Assembly: GCA_012295275.1 (NCBI GenBank)
Contig: CM022673.1
Location: 26,412,001 to 26,476,000, forward strand
Reading direction: 5' to 3'
DNA length: 64,000 nt
Source: Chrysomallon squamiferum
Taxonomy: Eukaryota; Animalia; Mollusca
Below, piece after piece: positions 1 through 14,013 of this stretch. Made by a program: the position numbers and the translations under genes. How positions within the stretch are numbered: the stretch's first letter is position 1; the number at the start of each line of letters is the position of its first letter. Under the pieces are notes generated by a model that saw only the letters and a list, made by a program, of their open reading frames with translations, did no database searches and had not been told where the DNA came from.

Positions 1-422
1 AAAAAAAAGAATGTATTTCAAATTGAATTTTATCATTCATTAGTCCATTTGATCAACACATTTATTAGAAATCATTCATGTTTTGTTTTATTTTATAAAT
101 TATTTTTAGAGTTAAAATTTTTTCCCTTAATGTGAATACAACTTTGTGATTTCTTATTTTTATCAATGAGTATCAATATATTAATATAACCAAAGTTGGT
201 GTTTTTTGTCAATTTATAAATTTATTTTCTTTCTTTTTTATAACATAATCTGCAGCCATATTTTATATGGGTCTTGCGTTTACTTTTTTATATTTTAAAT
301 AACAGATACAATATATTTTGTTAAATTGTTAAAATGCTTATGTAACATACTGTAGTACATCATAGTTAAATTCACATAATCAACATAAATCTGATTTCTT
401 TCTTTTAAAAATAAAATTTCAG

Positions 423-3400
423 AAAAAACTGGAGTAGTTCCTATGTGGTGCTACATGAGTCCAATCTGGTCTTCTACAAAGATCAGAAAATGGCTGCCCA
501 GAAAAGTGGCTTACCTTACGGCAAACCAGAAATAATTGTTAATATTCAAGGTGCAAAAATTGATTTTAATCCATCCAAAGATTTTACAAGCAAGAAAAAT
601 GTCATCATGGTAAGTTTTATGGTTTTCTGGCAAAGAATTGCTTGAAACTTTTGAATCCATAATAGCTAAGTTTGTTTGAAAGTGAAAGAAAATATTTTCC
701 AAAACGTTTTAAAACCCATTCAATTTTTTTTATTTTTATAATCAGAAATAAATAAAAGAAAATTACAGAAATTAAAAAACAAATAAAAATAAAATGAGAA
801 ATAAAAGAAAAATACAAGAAGAAGATGGATCACATTTGTAATGCAGCATAACATCTTTCAAACCTTTGGAACCTGCTTGAAAGGACCTGCCTACAACTCC
901 AACAGTGACTTACTGCACAGAAACACTGACAGCCATTTAACAGGTAAAGAACAAACAAAGATGGAAAGTATTATGTTAAAACATCACAACTGTGGACTGA
1001 AAAACAAATACCTGTATAAGAGAGAAAAGGTCACAGATGTTACTGCTGATCAGGTTAGAAGACAGAAGACATCAATAGAATCACAGTGAACATTGCATAT
1101 CATCACTTGGAAAACTGTTCAAAGGGAAACAGTCTGGAGGAAGTCCAATGAGATGAACTGAATGAGTGCTGGAAAAGAAACAGTCTTGCAAAGGACAAGA
1201 CAGACAAAATGTGGAAACAGCAGTCTGAGGATTTTGTCCAACAATAGAACACTTACATTTGCAAAGTGATGATGATGATGAATCAAAGATTTTAACAAGA
1301 TGCTAGTGAATTCAAAATTTGTGAAATGGTTGATAATGAGTAAGAATAAATAAATTGTTAGATATTTTTTATTTTTTATTTTTTTTTATTTTTAATAAAA
1401 TATTTTTATTGTCAGAATTACTTTAAAAACCCCTCCTAATAATAATTTTCTGTTTGTTGTAGGTGACAACATCTTCAGGGAGTCAATATCTTCTTCAGTC
1501 TGATGACGAAAAACAAATACACGAATGGTTGTTTCGATTGCAGATGTTAACAGAGGAAATTGTAAGTAAAAGAACAAAAAAAAATTATCCATTATTAATT
1601 TATGATTAATTTATCACCCTTCATTCAAAGTCTTGTAATATTAATGTAAACTTCAACTTAATTATTCATCATTTATTTATTTATCACTTTTGGTAAGGTC
1701 ATTTCTTTGAATGTTAATACAGACCTTCATTTTAATTACTTTTCTTATCTGTAACTTTAATAAATCTGCTTTCATAAATATAACTGGATTATATTAAGTT
1801 TAGTTTGTTCTTGTTATATTTTACATATCCTTTAGAAAATAAAGATGGTGATAAAATTAATCAGTAAATAAACCAGTTTTAGATTACAGTAATCTGTCTT
1901 CTTTATGTTTGATGGTTTCTTTTTGTTTTTGCATAAAAATGAATTATAACATTTCATCTTTTTTTTTTTTAAATTTTAAAAAATAATTAAATTAAAATAA
2001 TTGGTATAATTGGGTTGTTTTTCTTGTTTTATATTACTTTTTTTTTTTTTTTTTTTTTTTGAATAACTTTTAATGTCTCTTAATTTTCACCGATGTATTT
2101 TATCAGAAAATAGATTCACCCAGATGTAGTAAACCAGGTATGTACTGTTTAAGTAATTTATAATTTTATATACAAAGAGAAAAAGCCCCATTTCCATTTC
2201 TTTAACATTAGGAATACTATTGAACTATTTTATTACATAATGAATAAAGTATTCATATTTAGAAATTACCTTCCACTTAAATTAAGATCCAGTTCAATGG
2301 AACATAATTTCTATTTCTTTCTGTTTTAAAAAAAAAAAATTAGGTGCCATTGAAAAGTTTGTTTCATCATTTATTTATTTTTCCAGCACCTTTTATTCGA
2401 AGTGCCTCTGAAAGTGATGCCTTTGTTCATCAGGATCCTAAACTGACACTAACCCAGATGAAAAATGTTCAACAAAATGATGCTGGGCATCAGTCCAGTT
2501 TAAAACCTGCACCTGCACAGAGCAAAAGTTTGTGGAGCATTCGAACAAAACTGCTTAACCTTATTTCACGAAGACCTCCTCAAGAAGACCTCATTCGAAG
2601 AGGAATTCTTAAACGTAATAAAATCTGTGTTCAATACTCCTAACTGTATTTACATCTATATTCAGTATAATTAGTGGATTTCTCTGTTTTCATTTTTTTT
2701 TTAGTTTTTATTATTATGTATTGGGGGTTTGGGGTTTTTCTGTTTTTTTTTTATTAATTAATTATTTTATTTATTTTAATTCATTTGTTTATATACTTTT
2801 TGGTGTGAGATTGTTTTGATTGTTTTTTTTGCTTGTTAGGTTAAGTTTTTATTTTTATTACTACACTTAGTAACAGACTTTAATTATGGATTTATCACAG
2901 GGAGCAACAGAATATATTACATTCATTAAAAATTAAACATTTTATAAAGCATAACTTTTCTGATAGAATAAATAAATAAAGAAGTGAATTAACATTTATT
3001 TATAAACTAATGTTATATTCTTATTTCCTCTGCAGAAATAGAATTTCGTATTCCTTATTTTTTTATATATTTTTTTTTTATGCAAAGTAAGTGCTGACTT
3101 TGGTTTAATCAGAAATGTCAAGTTACAGGTTTTTTTTATTTACCAGTGAATCATTGGGATTTACAGGAAGAGCAAACTAGGTAGAGCATCTACAGTACTT
3201 GTCTTCAGTAAAATGTGAATCCTACCAGTGTTGTTTTTACTTCAAACATTAATAAATTTCATGCAGAAAATAAACTTCTTCACCTAAATTAAATTTCTCT
3301 TTCTGTAGTAGTAATGTTTGTTGCTTATAAATTAAAAACTGTTCGGTGAAAAATATTGTTTCATTATTTCAGATACTGTGTTTGGATCGAGTCTACATGA

Positions 3401-5358
3401 GTTGTGTGAAAGAGAACATTCCAACGTTCCTAAGTTCGTCCGACTGTGTGTGGCAGCAATTGAAAACAAAGGTACTGGAATAATAATCTCTAATGCAGTC
3501 TTTACGTAAAGAATTTATAAAGGCCTTCCCACAGTTTCTTAACAAAAAATATCATGTTTTTAATACATATTCCAGTGTTTGTAGAATTTAAGAGATGCGT
3601 TTAAGATGCTCTCACTGCTGTTATTAAGAGTAATAGAGGAATTTTACAAAATGAACTAAATTAAGTTAAAATTGAAATTTTTTTGTAAATGAACAGAAGA
3701 CAACTGCAGAGAAATGTTTAAACTGGATTTTTCATGTTATTATGATAATGTTTAAGGGTTGGACCATGACGGCTTGTACAGAATCAGTGGCAACCAAGCC
3801 GAGATCCAAAGACTGAGATTTATTGTTGATAAAGGTATTACAGATTACAATTAGTTTTTAAGACATTTGAAAAAAGAAAAATTAATACCAAAGATGAAAT
3901 GATCATTAATAAAGTTGTCACAACCTTATTTTATTGTAGGCCAGAGCTATATCTCTGTGAGATTAGAATAAATTAAGTGTATTAATTTTTTTTTTCAGAA
4001 CATTAAAATAAATAATGTTAATATTCTATAATTCAGTAGTTTTTTCAACAGATATTCAGTTAAAATTTTTGAATTGATGCAAATAGTGATTTTTTTTAAG
4101 TGTCAGAAAAATAATTTTGGGTTTAAATTGGAACTAAAAACCATACGAGTTCATTATTTATATGATTTGTTTTTTTTTTTTAATTTGTTAACATATTATA
4201 ATTCTGTACTGTTTAAGTCTTTGTGATGTCTGTGAATGTATTCTCTGGGTCAGTATAAGTGATTAAAAACATATTTTTAGATGAAGACTACAGTTTCAAC
4301 AATGATCAGTGGGATATTCACGTGCTCACTGGTTCACTCAAACTTTTCTTCCGAGAGTTACAGGAACCTCTTTTTCCTCAGGCATTATTTGAACTGTTCA
4401 AAGAAGCTATATGTGAGTTTCCAGGACTGTAATATAACTTTTTTTTTTTTTTTTTTAATTATATCATTTCAGTTGTTGATATTTTTTTATGAAAGGTGTT
4501 TGTACGAGCAAGTTGTATTAATTATTCGCAGTGTATCAAAGTCATAATTTGTTTAAATATATTTAATACAATATTAAACAAGATTATTGTAGAAATATTT
4601 ACACTTAATTTTCTTATTGTTTTTTTAATGTTTTCATTTGTTTTTCTTCTTTCTTTTTTTTAGGTAAAGAAAAAAATAAGGAAAAGCTCCAAGCTTTTAA
4701 AGATCTGATTTCAGGTCTGCCTAAGTACAATTACAGTACTACAAAATTTATGATGCAACATTTGAGAAAGTAAGTTTTATTTCTATGTTTTTTTGAGTTT
4801 GGTAAGATACTGAAAGTACAAAATTTAATTTTTAATTCAAGTCTTTAAATGTCACATCTGTATGTGTGTGTGTTTGTGTTTATATAGCTTTTTTTCTCTC
4901 TTTTATTGTATTCTGTCCTTATTACTTTAACTGGCTTTATTTACATTATTTTCTTATCTTACCATCAGGTATATTATTAAGATAACAACATAAAATGTGT
5001 TTAGCAGGTCCATAAAAATAACCATTAAGATTGTGACGACTGAAACCCTATATAAGTAACAGAGATAAAACCAACACTGGAATTTGTGTACAATCAGATA
5101 AGATCTTTTAAATTGTTTCTGCTCTGATGGTCTTCTTGCTTTCTCGTGTAAAGAAGGGATCCAATGTGTTTTTTGTGTTATTACAGGGTTATAGAGAAGA
5201 GCCATGAGAACCGAATGCAGACACAGAATGTTGCCATTGTGTTTGGTCCTACCTTGATGTGGACTGAAGGTGATCCCACTAACATGGCCATCCAGTCGAT
5301 ATACCAGGGAAAAGTTGTCGAGTATGTGCTTCTGGAATATGAACAGCTTTTCAGATAG
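423..5358 (+). CDS. ARHGAP15: PH-domain + RhoGAP protein, ARHGAP9/12/15/27 family (5' end lies upstream of the window); exons 423-609, 1463-1561, 2107-2137, 2387-2614, 3373-3471, 3757-3834, 4281-4412, 4664-4769, 5187-5358
   Basis: All introns are GT-AG and the phases join into one ORF. PH domain KNWSSSYVVL...SKKNVIM/VTTSSGSQYLLQSDDEKQIHEW; linker RRPPQEDLIRRGILK; GAP domain VFGSSLHELCERE..VPKFVRLCVAAIE, arginine finger GLYRISGN, DIHVLTGSLKLFFRELQEPLF, NRMQTQNVAIVFGPTL; stop TAG at 5356-5358. The symbol is approximate: an invertebrate gene would be co-orthologous to ARHGAP9/12/15/27. Confidence 0.9.
790..1281 (+). mobile_element. Degenerate 3' end of an RTE-like non-LTR retrotransposon inside a RhoGAP intron
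   Basis: Broken frames read GTCLK..YNS, QTKMES(IML), REKVTDV..DQVRRQK and MWKQQSEDFVQQ, resembling the C-terminus of RTE ORFs; the segment ends in a (TGA)n tail at ~1267-1281. It has many stops and indels. Confidence 0.7.
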
Positions 5359-7767
5359 CCCAGTTTACTTTGGCCAGAAAACATTCTGGAAATATGGAGA
5401 TGTAGATTCTGCTGGAAAAAAAAAAAAAAAAAAAAAAAAACTTCTATTTTTTATTATTATTTATTTTATTTTTTATTTTTTTATTTTTTGTCCTGAGTCA
5501 CTAATTGTTAAATAAAAATCTGTTGTTTTCCAAATTTATATTTTAATTCCTTTTCTTAACTTTCGCATATTTATACACGAAAAATATATTTGCAGAATGT
5601 TTTTTTGTTGGTTTTTTTTTATAAATTTCTTTCTTATATTCTCCACTTATTACTTTAATTGAGTTCATTAATTTTATTAATTAATTACTGCTACTATTAT
5701 TTATTTTTTTATCTTATCATCAAACAAATAATCATTATTATTATTTTTTAATTTATGATTTTTTTCCTATGGGCTTTCATAGGACGTGTACAGTTAATTG
5801 CAATTCCATTTCCACAGAAATATCTGAAATGTTGATTGTGATTAATATATTTAATTGTATTTAGCATCATTTCTTATATTTTTAAAATGGCTAAAAACAG
5901 TACTTCATTCCAAATTATACGTATTTCCATATTCACATATAATAAATAATACTGAATCAGTTTTATATATATATAATATTCTGTATACAAGATTGAATTT
6001 AAGCAAAATGTGTAAAATTTATAAAACAAATTAAACTCCATATATTTTTCTGCATTATTATCTTTTTATACATAACAGCACTAACAAAAACTAATAATAA
6101 CAGAAAAGTTATAACAAACAAATACACACAAAAATTACAGATTATTCTATGCATGAGATTGTTTTATACATTTATTTGATACTAAAATGTTTATGCTTAA
6201 TTTAAAGAACTATTTAGAAATCATGAAGTATAAGTTCACATTGTTTTGTTGGGTAGTTTTTCGAAGCCACTGTGTGCCATCATAAAATGAAATTCACAAC
6301 TAGTGAAAAATAATCTTTATTTTTATGTCATATATTTATTTATATTATGATGGATAAGGATTTTCATTTCATGTGCGACGATATTTCAGGATCCCCAGCT
6401 ATTTTTAGTACAGTTTTGTACATGGTGGAAATTTTGAATGTCAAAATTGGGGAACACATTTCAGTTTTATTTTTTTTTTTTTTTTCAAATGAGATTTTTG
6501 ATTCAGATATATTGTTGAATTTGTTTTATTATGAGAAATTATATCTTTGTTACAGTATTAATATATTTTTATATGCAATTTTTCACTAATGTGTACATAA
6601 AAGACACACACATTCCAAGAAGATACCAAAAACAGTTCTGTTTGATAGATTTTTGCATGATGTAAACTGCTGGGCTGGAATTTTAAATATTGTTAATGTT
6701 TTTCATTATTTAATGAAGTATTGTATATGGGTAAATCAAAAAGTAAAGGCAAATTAATGAAATGAAAATGTACATAAATATTATGTTTTAATATACTACT
6801 TTTAATTCTCTCTTTGATTTTGATATAGTCCCTTCACACATAAATTCACAATTTTAAATCACGTATTCACAGCAAAATATTTTTCTCTATATGTTTTAAT
6901 TGTTTTCCAGCACAAATACTGTATTCTATACGAGTATATCTCTTTAAATATTTCTCAGTCTGTTAGCTGACATTCTTAAACAGTTTCATAGTAACTTCAC
7001 ACATTGAAGAAAATACGCATTCTAACAAGAAATGTTTCTGCTGTATTTAAATCAGTCAACCCATTTATTTGACAAGTACAGCTTTTTTTTCTTCTGTGTG
7101 AAGCTAATAAAGTTTGACTCCTTAATGATATATAAAAATAAGAAAAAAAAATGAAAGTTTTTCAGTATTTAACGAGTCAATGGATGGAACTGTTACAGTT
7201 ATTTGGCTGAAAAACACATTATGACCTTGTTGATTTTTTACTGTTAAACTAAACTTGTTAAAACTGCCAGCCTGATTGACACTACCTTCACTTTATGGCT
7301 TACCCTGGTACATAACAATTTTTTTGCAACATTTAACACAAATTATTGTACTCTCAATACTTTGTTACTTTATACCATTACTCTGTACCATTTGTATTTT
7401 TTAATTATATGTTATTATATTTGGAATATTCAGTATGTATGTGCGAATGTGTTCTCACATGGAAGATTATTTTGATCTATGTTGACTATTTTGATGATTT
7501 CTATTAAGCAAATTATATAACTACTGGCATAGTTGATTTATATGGACTTTTTGTTGAAAATCTATTGGAAGAAAAATCATCATGTTATCATATCTATATT
7601 TTATTCACCGTTATTGCTATCAGGTGCTATATGTACATAAAATTATGCACCCAAATTTCATTGTTTTGTTAAACTAATAGATTATTATGCAATTTTCCAT
7701 TTAATGTTGGACCTGTTTACAACAGTTGTTGTTGTTGCTATGAAGATGATGATGATGATTGTTATTA

Positions 7768-7805
<38 letters not shown>

Positions 7806-8315
7806 GAGTTGTTAAGTTGTTGGGGATTTTGATACTTAAAAAAAATAAAATTTGTGGATTTTATTTATTTTTTTATTTGGGAGTGTTTTGCCAGTAATAA
7901 ATAGAATATAAAAAAAATCAATCAATCAATTTTTTATTAACCTTGTTCAGATTTGTTCTTTCTATACTTTCACAACATCATATATAATTTATTTTTTCCC
8001 CTCACTTTCAGGACCTTAATTAATAAAAGATGAAGGGATTTATACACTGTACATAGATTTCAACAGCATTTTATATTCTTAAAATAAAATAACAATACAA
8101 ATTATATGCACCTGCATTTATGCACAGTTTTGAAATATGTGTATATGACTAACTGTATTGAGATCAGCAGATGATCGTTTTCATCATGTATTTTGTATCA
8201 TAATTTTTTTTTTTTAAATTAATATTTTGTGCCAAATGTTTTGTATCTGATTCAAGAAATAAATAAATAAATAAATACTTAAAGATAATTTGCCCTGAGA
8301 TGACTAAATTTTTCT

Positions 8316-8348
<33 letters not shown>

Positions 8349-10416
8349 CCAAGAGGGTAATTTTTAGACAATAACAAATTGTAAATTAAACTAGTCCTTT
8401 TCTGTTGTTGTTTGTTTTAGCCTGGCATTGAACACACACACTAGCAAAATCTTCCAATCACCATTTTCAAAGCTTATACAAAATTAGACAACGAAATTGT
8501 TTATGTTTTATGTTATTATTTTATGAAATTACATTTACTTAAAATCAGTTAAAAGAAATAACATTCCCATCAAATCTGGGGGTAGAATTTAACACTCATC
8601 TTGTTAGTGATTCAATTTAAAAGAAAACTGATTCGCACACATTTTTAGTTTCTCCATGTTTCACTGTATATACTTGACTAATAAATGTGACTGTTACTAG
8701 ATTTTTGTTTTGTTTACTTTTTCTTTCTTTCTCTGCTTATTAAGTATATCTGTTTTCACAACACATCAAAGAAATAAAGATGTAGTGGATAATGGAGGGG
8801 AAAAAATCCGTATAATAAAAATGTCTGATAACTAACTGGATTCTAAACCGTTCTTATGTGATATGGTAGAGAATTCATATTACCATTATTAATTTATTAT
8901 TTTTGCCATTAAAGCATCATGGAAATTATATATATCGTACGTGTATTTTTAAAGAAAAGACAATATTTCATAAATCTTGTTGTAGTTTTATAATTATATG
9001 TAACAAAATGTTACATATTTTGTTCTTATCCTTTAAAAATAAAATTAAATACTGTACAGTTCTGTCTAAACCAGATGCACCAGTACAGTCGAAAATATTT
9101 TTATGTCGTAGTACCGATACAGTTGATGCCATTAAGAGTTATGGTTCTTGTAATAATTATTTTTATAGTAAATTGTATTTGACGTTAATAAAACGTGAAA
9201 TGATGTTATTATCCAATTTCAAAGACTGAACTTATTTTAATTAATTTAACGTTATATTTTAATGTGGGTTCGATACAATTCTACTTTTCTTTCTCTCTCT
9301 CGATTTTTTTTTTTTTTTTTTTGCGTACTTGACTATGAAGTATCGGGTTGGATTGGCCTATTTGATATATAAAAAGTAAATAAATCATTAAAAAGGTATA
9401 GAGACAGATGGTCATATGCGATCAGTTTACTTAATGCAGCGACATTCCTTAATAAATAATCAAAGCTTACTGTTAACGTATTCTTTAATTAGGCCAGGCT
9501 GTTGACTTCGGAGTTATTATTATAATGTCCAAATAATCGTAAATATGCATAAGAAAAATGTACGTAGTACCGCCCAATTGAAGTTAAAACAAAAATTGAC
9601 CTTCAGACAGTTTGCTTCTGTGGATACTTAATTTCTGTCGTTCAGTAAATGATTTCACTTGCGAGTTTTACAGTCGAAAGCAGTTTTATCGCCCGCGATT
9701 TCCGGGTGTTTAAATATTTCCTTATTACAGTCGTGAGCTTGTCTTCTTTATTTATATACGTCACACTATTTGATGTAAAACTATAAATATGTCATATAAT
9801 TTTCCCATTTAAAATTAATACTGTATTGTGACAATTCAATTCTCAGCTAATTTCAATTGTTCATTTAGATTTATAAATTTTGTTTTCATCATTGTTTATA
9901 CTGATTAATAAGCGACATCAGCATAATTATTGTCTGGCACTTCCAAAACGTATACAGTGAAACAAACAAACAAACAAACAAACAAACAAATAAATAAATA
10001 AATAACTAGTAACACATACACAGGCACATACGGCAAATAGATATTTGCCCGACATTTGCCCGAGTCTATTATTTAAGTCCTATACAACGGACTTCCGCAT
10101 CTTAATAACAAATAAACTTATTCCACAATAAAACCTTAAAACACCCGTAAGGAAGTAGAAGCTGTAACATGTACGCGCACGCACAGACGCGAACAATAAA
10201 CAAATACACGAGACTGAACAAGAACGAAATAAAAGCTCGTTTGTATGATACTGAAATACGTATAATACACACATTATTGATCGAATTGTGGCCAAACCGT
10301 TAGAGCGTTTAAACAGGTGACATTGTGAACTCTGTGAACTTTGTCATGCACAGACGATTTAGTGGACAGAGAAATGACAAGTAGTTTTATGCAGGTAAAT
10401 TCTCATATATTCCTAT

Positions 10417-10515
10417 CACGTGTAACAGACTGGAGAATTACTGACTAACGCGTCAAACTTGCATCACACCTGAAGACGTCAAAAATATTGACCCATCGTT
10501 GCATCATTGTCGTCA
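10417..10515. promoter_or_regulatory. Candidate ASNS amino-acid-response promoter: two C/EBP-ATF (CARE/AARE) elements plus CRE half-sites and an E-box
   Basis: CTTGCATCA at 10458-10466 and GTTGCATCA at 10498-10506 (TGATGCAAG and TGATGCAAC on the minus strand); CGTCA at 10451, 10477 and 10511; CACGTG at 10417-10422. The cluster lies just before the strong donor AG|GTAAGT at 10564/10565. Confidence 0.6.
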
Positions 10516-10564
10516 ATAAAAGTTGCTACCAAAAACTTTGTAAACTGTGTTTTGAAAGTCAGAG
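10516..10564 (+). other. ASNS: Probable non-coding first exon of ASNS (start approximate), spliced to the acceptor at 11286/11287
   Basis: Consensus donor AG|GTAAGT at 10564/10565; acceptor tttttcaaacag| lies 8 nt before the ATG at 11295. Confidence 0.5.
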
Positions 10565-11294
10565 GTAAGTTCTAACAGTTTCCAACATTCCAACTATTTC
10601 TTTTACTGTTTATTTATTCATTCATTCATTCATTTATCTAAAATACTGTATTATCACATTTATAAACAAATATCTTATTATCTTAATGCTAACAAAAATA
10701 TGTGAGTTACCAAATTTTAGTTACATATTTTACTGTTAGCATTTTCTGTCAATAGATGCTTTGTGAAATAGATGACATCTGGATTAGCAAAGCTAAGAAC
10801 AGATTTATTAGCCACAAAATATTTAAATGACATTTTTGTTGTATCATTTATGAAAATTATTTTTTCAGTAAAAATTTTAATGACAAAACTGTAAAATATC
10901 TTCATGAAATCTCTATGCATTTTTATTTCCATTTAAAAAAAAGAAAAAAAAGATTACATAATAAAACTAAAAAAAAAACTGCTGTAATAATCTAGAATAC
11001 TGAATAATAATAATAATTATAGATAAAAGTTTAGTTAAGTCAGCTAACTTCTGAAATTGTGAGATTTCTTGTTCATGTTGAATTTTTTTTTTTATTATTA
11101 TTCATTTTTATTTTATTAAATAACTAGTGTAACTGCAATATAAAAAGCAAATTAGCAACAAATAAAAGTATTACAGTGAATTAATGATAAATTCTTAATT
11201 ATTTATATATATATATATATAAATTTTGATTGTGCTGAAATACAAATAGTAAAGTCTTTGAAACCACTGTGTTATTTTTCAAACAGTCTACATC

Positions 11295-13970
11295 ATGTGT
11301 GGTATATGGGCTGTCTTTGGAAGTGAGGAAGATGTGTCAGTGCAGTGCAGTGCAGTGCACACAATCACCCACCGAGGGCCTGACGCCTTCAGAATTGAGA
11401 ATATCAACCACTTTCGCAACTGTTGTCTGGGTTTCCATCGACTGGCCATTGTTGATGACATCAGAGGAATGCAGCCAATGAGGTTGTTCACACACCCCAT
11501 ATTTGGCTGATTTACAATGGAGAAATTTATAACCATAAATCTGTAAGTAAATAAAATAATAAAGAAACGTACAGATAAAAAAAAACAGAAATCTTATTTA
11601 ATGACAGTGATGATAAAAATTTCAGTAAAATGATATATAAAAGTCATGTTAGTTTAGTTAATATTTTAATTTTAATCTTTTTTTTTTTTTCACTCAATGA
11701 AGCTGACACAGGAATTTAACCTTGATGTTAGTACTGAATGTGATGGAGAACCAATAATTCATCTGTATGACAAATTCGGTGCAGAGTTTGCTGCGAATCA
11801 TCTCGATGGAGTCTTCAGCTTCTGTCTTCTTGACACGAAGAAGAGAAAGGTTGTTCTTGGGCGAGACACCTTTGGAGTTCGACCAATGTTTAAACTTTTG
11901 ACACAGAAAGGTTTCTTGGCTGTGTGTTCAGAAGCTAAAGGTTTGATTTTGTATTAAACATTTTTGATTAGCAATTAATTATTATAAATTAAAAAAAAAG
12001 AAAAAAGAAATACATGATGGTTATTTTAGCACCATTTAACCTCATTAACTTATATAATAACAGCAGTGGCATAACTTTTTAAAACATGATTTGAATATGT
12101 TTTCCTGTTTGAAATTCTTTTATTTAAATTCACAGGTTTATTTGGACTTAGCCACTGTTTTGCTGACAGTGATGCTGATATTCAGCCATTTGCTCCTGGA
12201 CATGTAGAGGTATACGACCTTGACGCTTCAGGATTTGCACATTTTAGTGAAAGAACAAGGTTTCACAAGATTGGGATGGAACCAGTCTACAAGACCATGT
12301 GTCAAACAAACAGTAAGATAATTGCATAAGTTAGACAAAATTAATTAAAACTATTTATTTGCAGAAATTTGCTGAAATTGTACTTCAAAAGAAAGTTTAA
12401 AATTACCCCACACAAAACAAAAATAATGTAATAATTAATATTTCTGAATAATTTGCAGCAGATATATCCAGTTTAGTTATCCATAATTCTTTAATTACTT
12501 ACATTTATTTATCAAATGAGATGGGATTATTAAACTGTAAAATATTTCATTGTTATTTTGTTGGGTTTAAAAATGATCACTGACCTCTGTTGGTCATGTG
12601 AACTTTTAAAGTCTTTGCTTTTAAAATGGTGCAAACTGTAGGTTTTGGCATTTGGTTACAAGGAGTTCCAGGATCAAAACTCAGTGTTTGCAAGAGAAAA
12701 TGCCATTCCAGCAAATTCCCCATAACTTGTGTTCTTTTTTAAAGGTAAGAGTATGGTGGGTGCCCTGTTTGGAAGAAAATGCTTTAAAAGACTGGATACT
12801 CCTAACTGATAAAAGCAGTAGTACATAAAATGATAACAGCTGGTTTAGGTGGATTTTTTACATCTGGCTTAGGCACTTAATATATGGTTGATGCTTGTTA
12901 AGAGTTTAAAGATGTTAAAGAAATATTAATTTGTTTTAGGTGATGACATTAAAAAAAATGTTGTGGCATGTCTTGAGGCTGCAGTAGAAAAACGCATGAT
13001 GGCTGACAGAAGAATAGGTTGTATGTTGTCAGGTATGTATGTATGTGTGTGTCTGTGTGTGTGTCATTTTACAATTCATATTTCTGATTTGTTTTAATAA
13101 AAGGAATTAAATTCTTACTCTTTTAATGTCAATGATTTTGTTTTTTAATTTTTTTTATTTATCTGTTTATCAATTATTACTGAAGATGAAAAACAATTAT
13201 TAACATATAACCTTAGCTTTAATGAAAAGTTTATGAAATGGTTTATACTGTTATAGAAGTTTCTTATTAATGTTTATTTCAATATATTGTGTTAACTTTA
13301 CATGTTCATTTTTATCAAACTTTTCGGGTATCAAGAATATTTATTTAATGATTATTATTTTTACTATTACTACTAATGCTTCTGCTCCTGTTACTTGTTT
13401 TGTTGTTGCAGTAATTTATTTATTTTATTTTTATTTTTATTTTTATTATATTTTTTTTAATTATTTTTATTTTTATTTACTTTTAATTTAATCTTAATTA
13501 TTTTTTTAATTATTACCTCAGTTATTATTATTATGTTTATTTTTCCAGGTGGTCTTGATTCAAGTCTAATTACAGCCATAGTGGTGAAAAAGGCTGCAGA
13601 AATGAATCTTCCATATCCAATTCAAACATTTTCTATTGGTATGGAGGGAAGCACAGACATAATTGCAGCAAGAAAAGTAAAACTTTTATTACATCTTTCA
13701 GAAACATTACTTTAGAATAATTACTTACTTAAGTTTCTGAAGTTGTGTTTCATGATTTTTTCTGAAATTATGGGTTGTCTAAAGACAGTAAAGATTGCTT
13801 TATTTTGACTTACAGAAATATCTGAATTCCACTGTTGCTGTTCAAATATGTTTTTATTATATATGAATTAGGTTTAAGACATACTCAAACAGTTTTTTTT
13901 AACTTTTAATTTATTTTTCTTTATATCTGTATTATTATTATTATTTTTCTATGATTATTATTATTATTAA

Positions 13971-14013
<43 letters not shown>

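Noticed and set aside
3165-3230. ggtagagcatc...gtgaatcctacc, resembling a tRNA/SINE head
   Set aside because: The A/B boxes are too degenerate and no cloverleaf can be formed.
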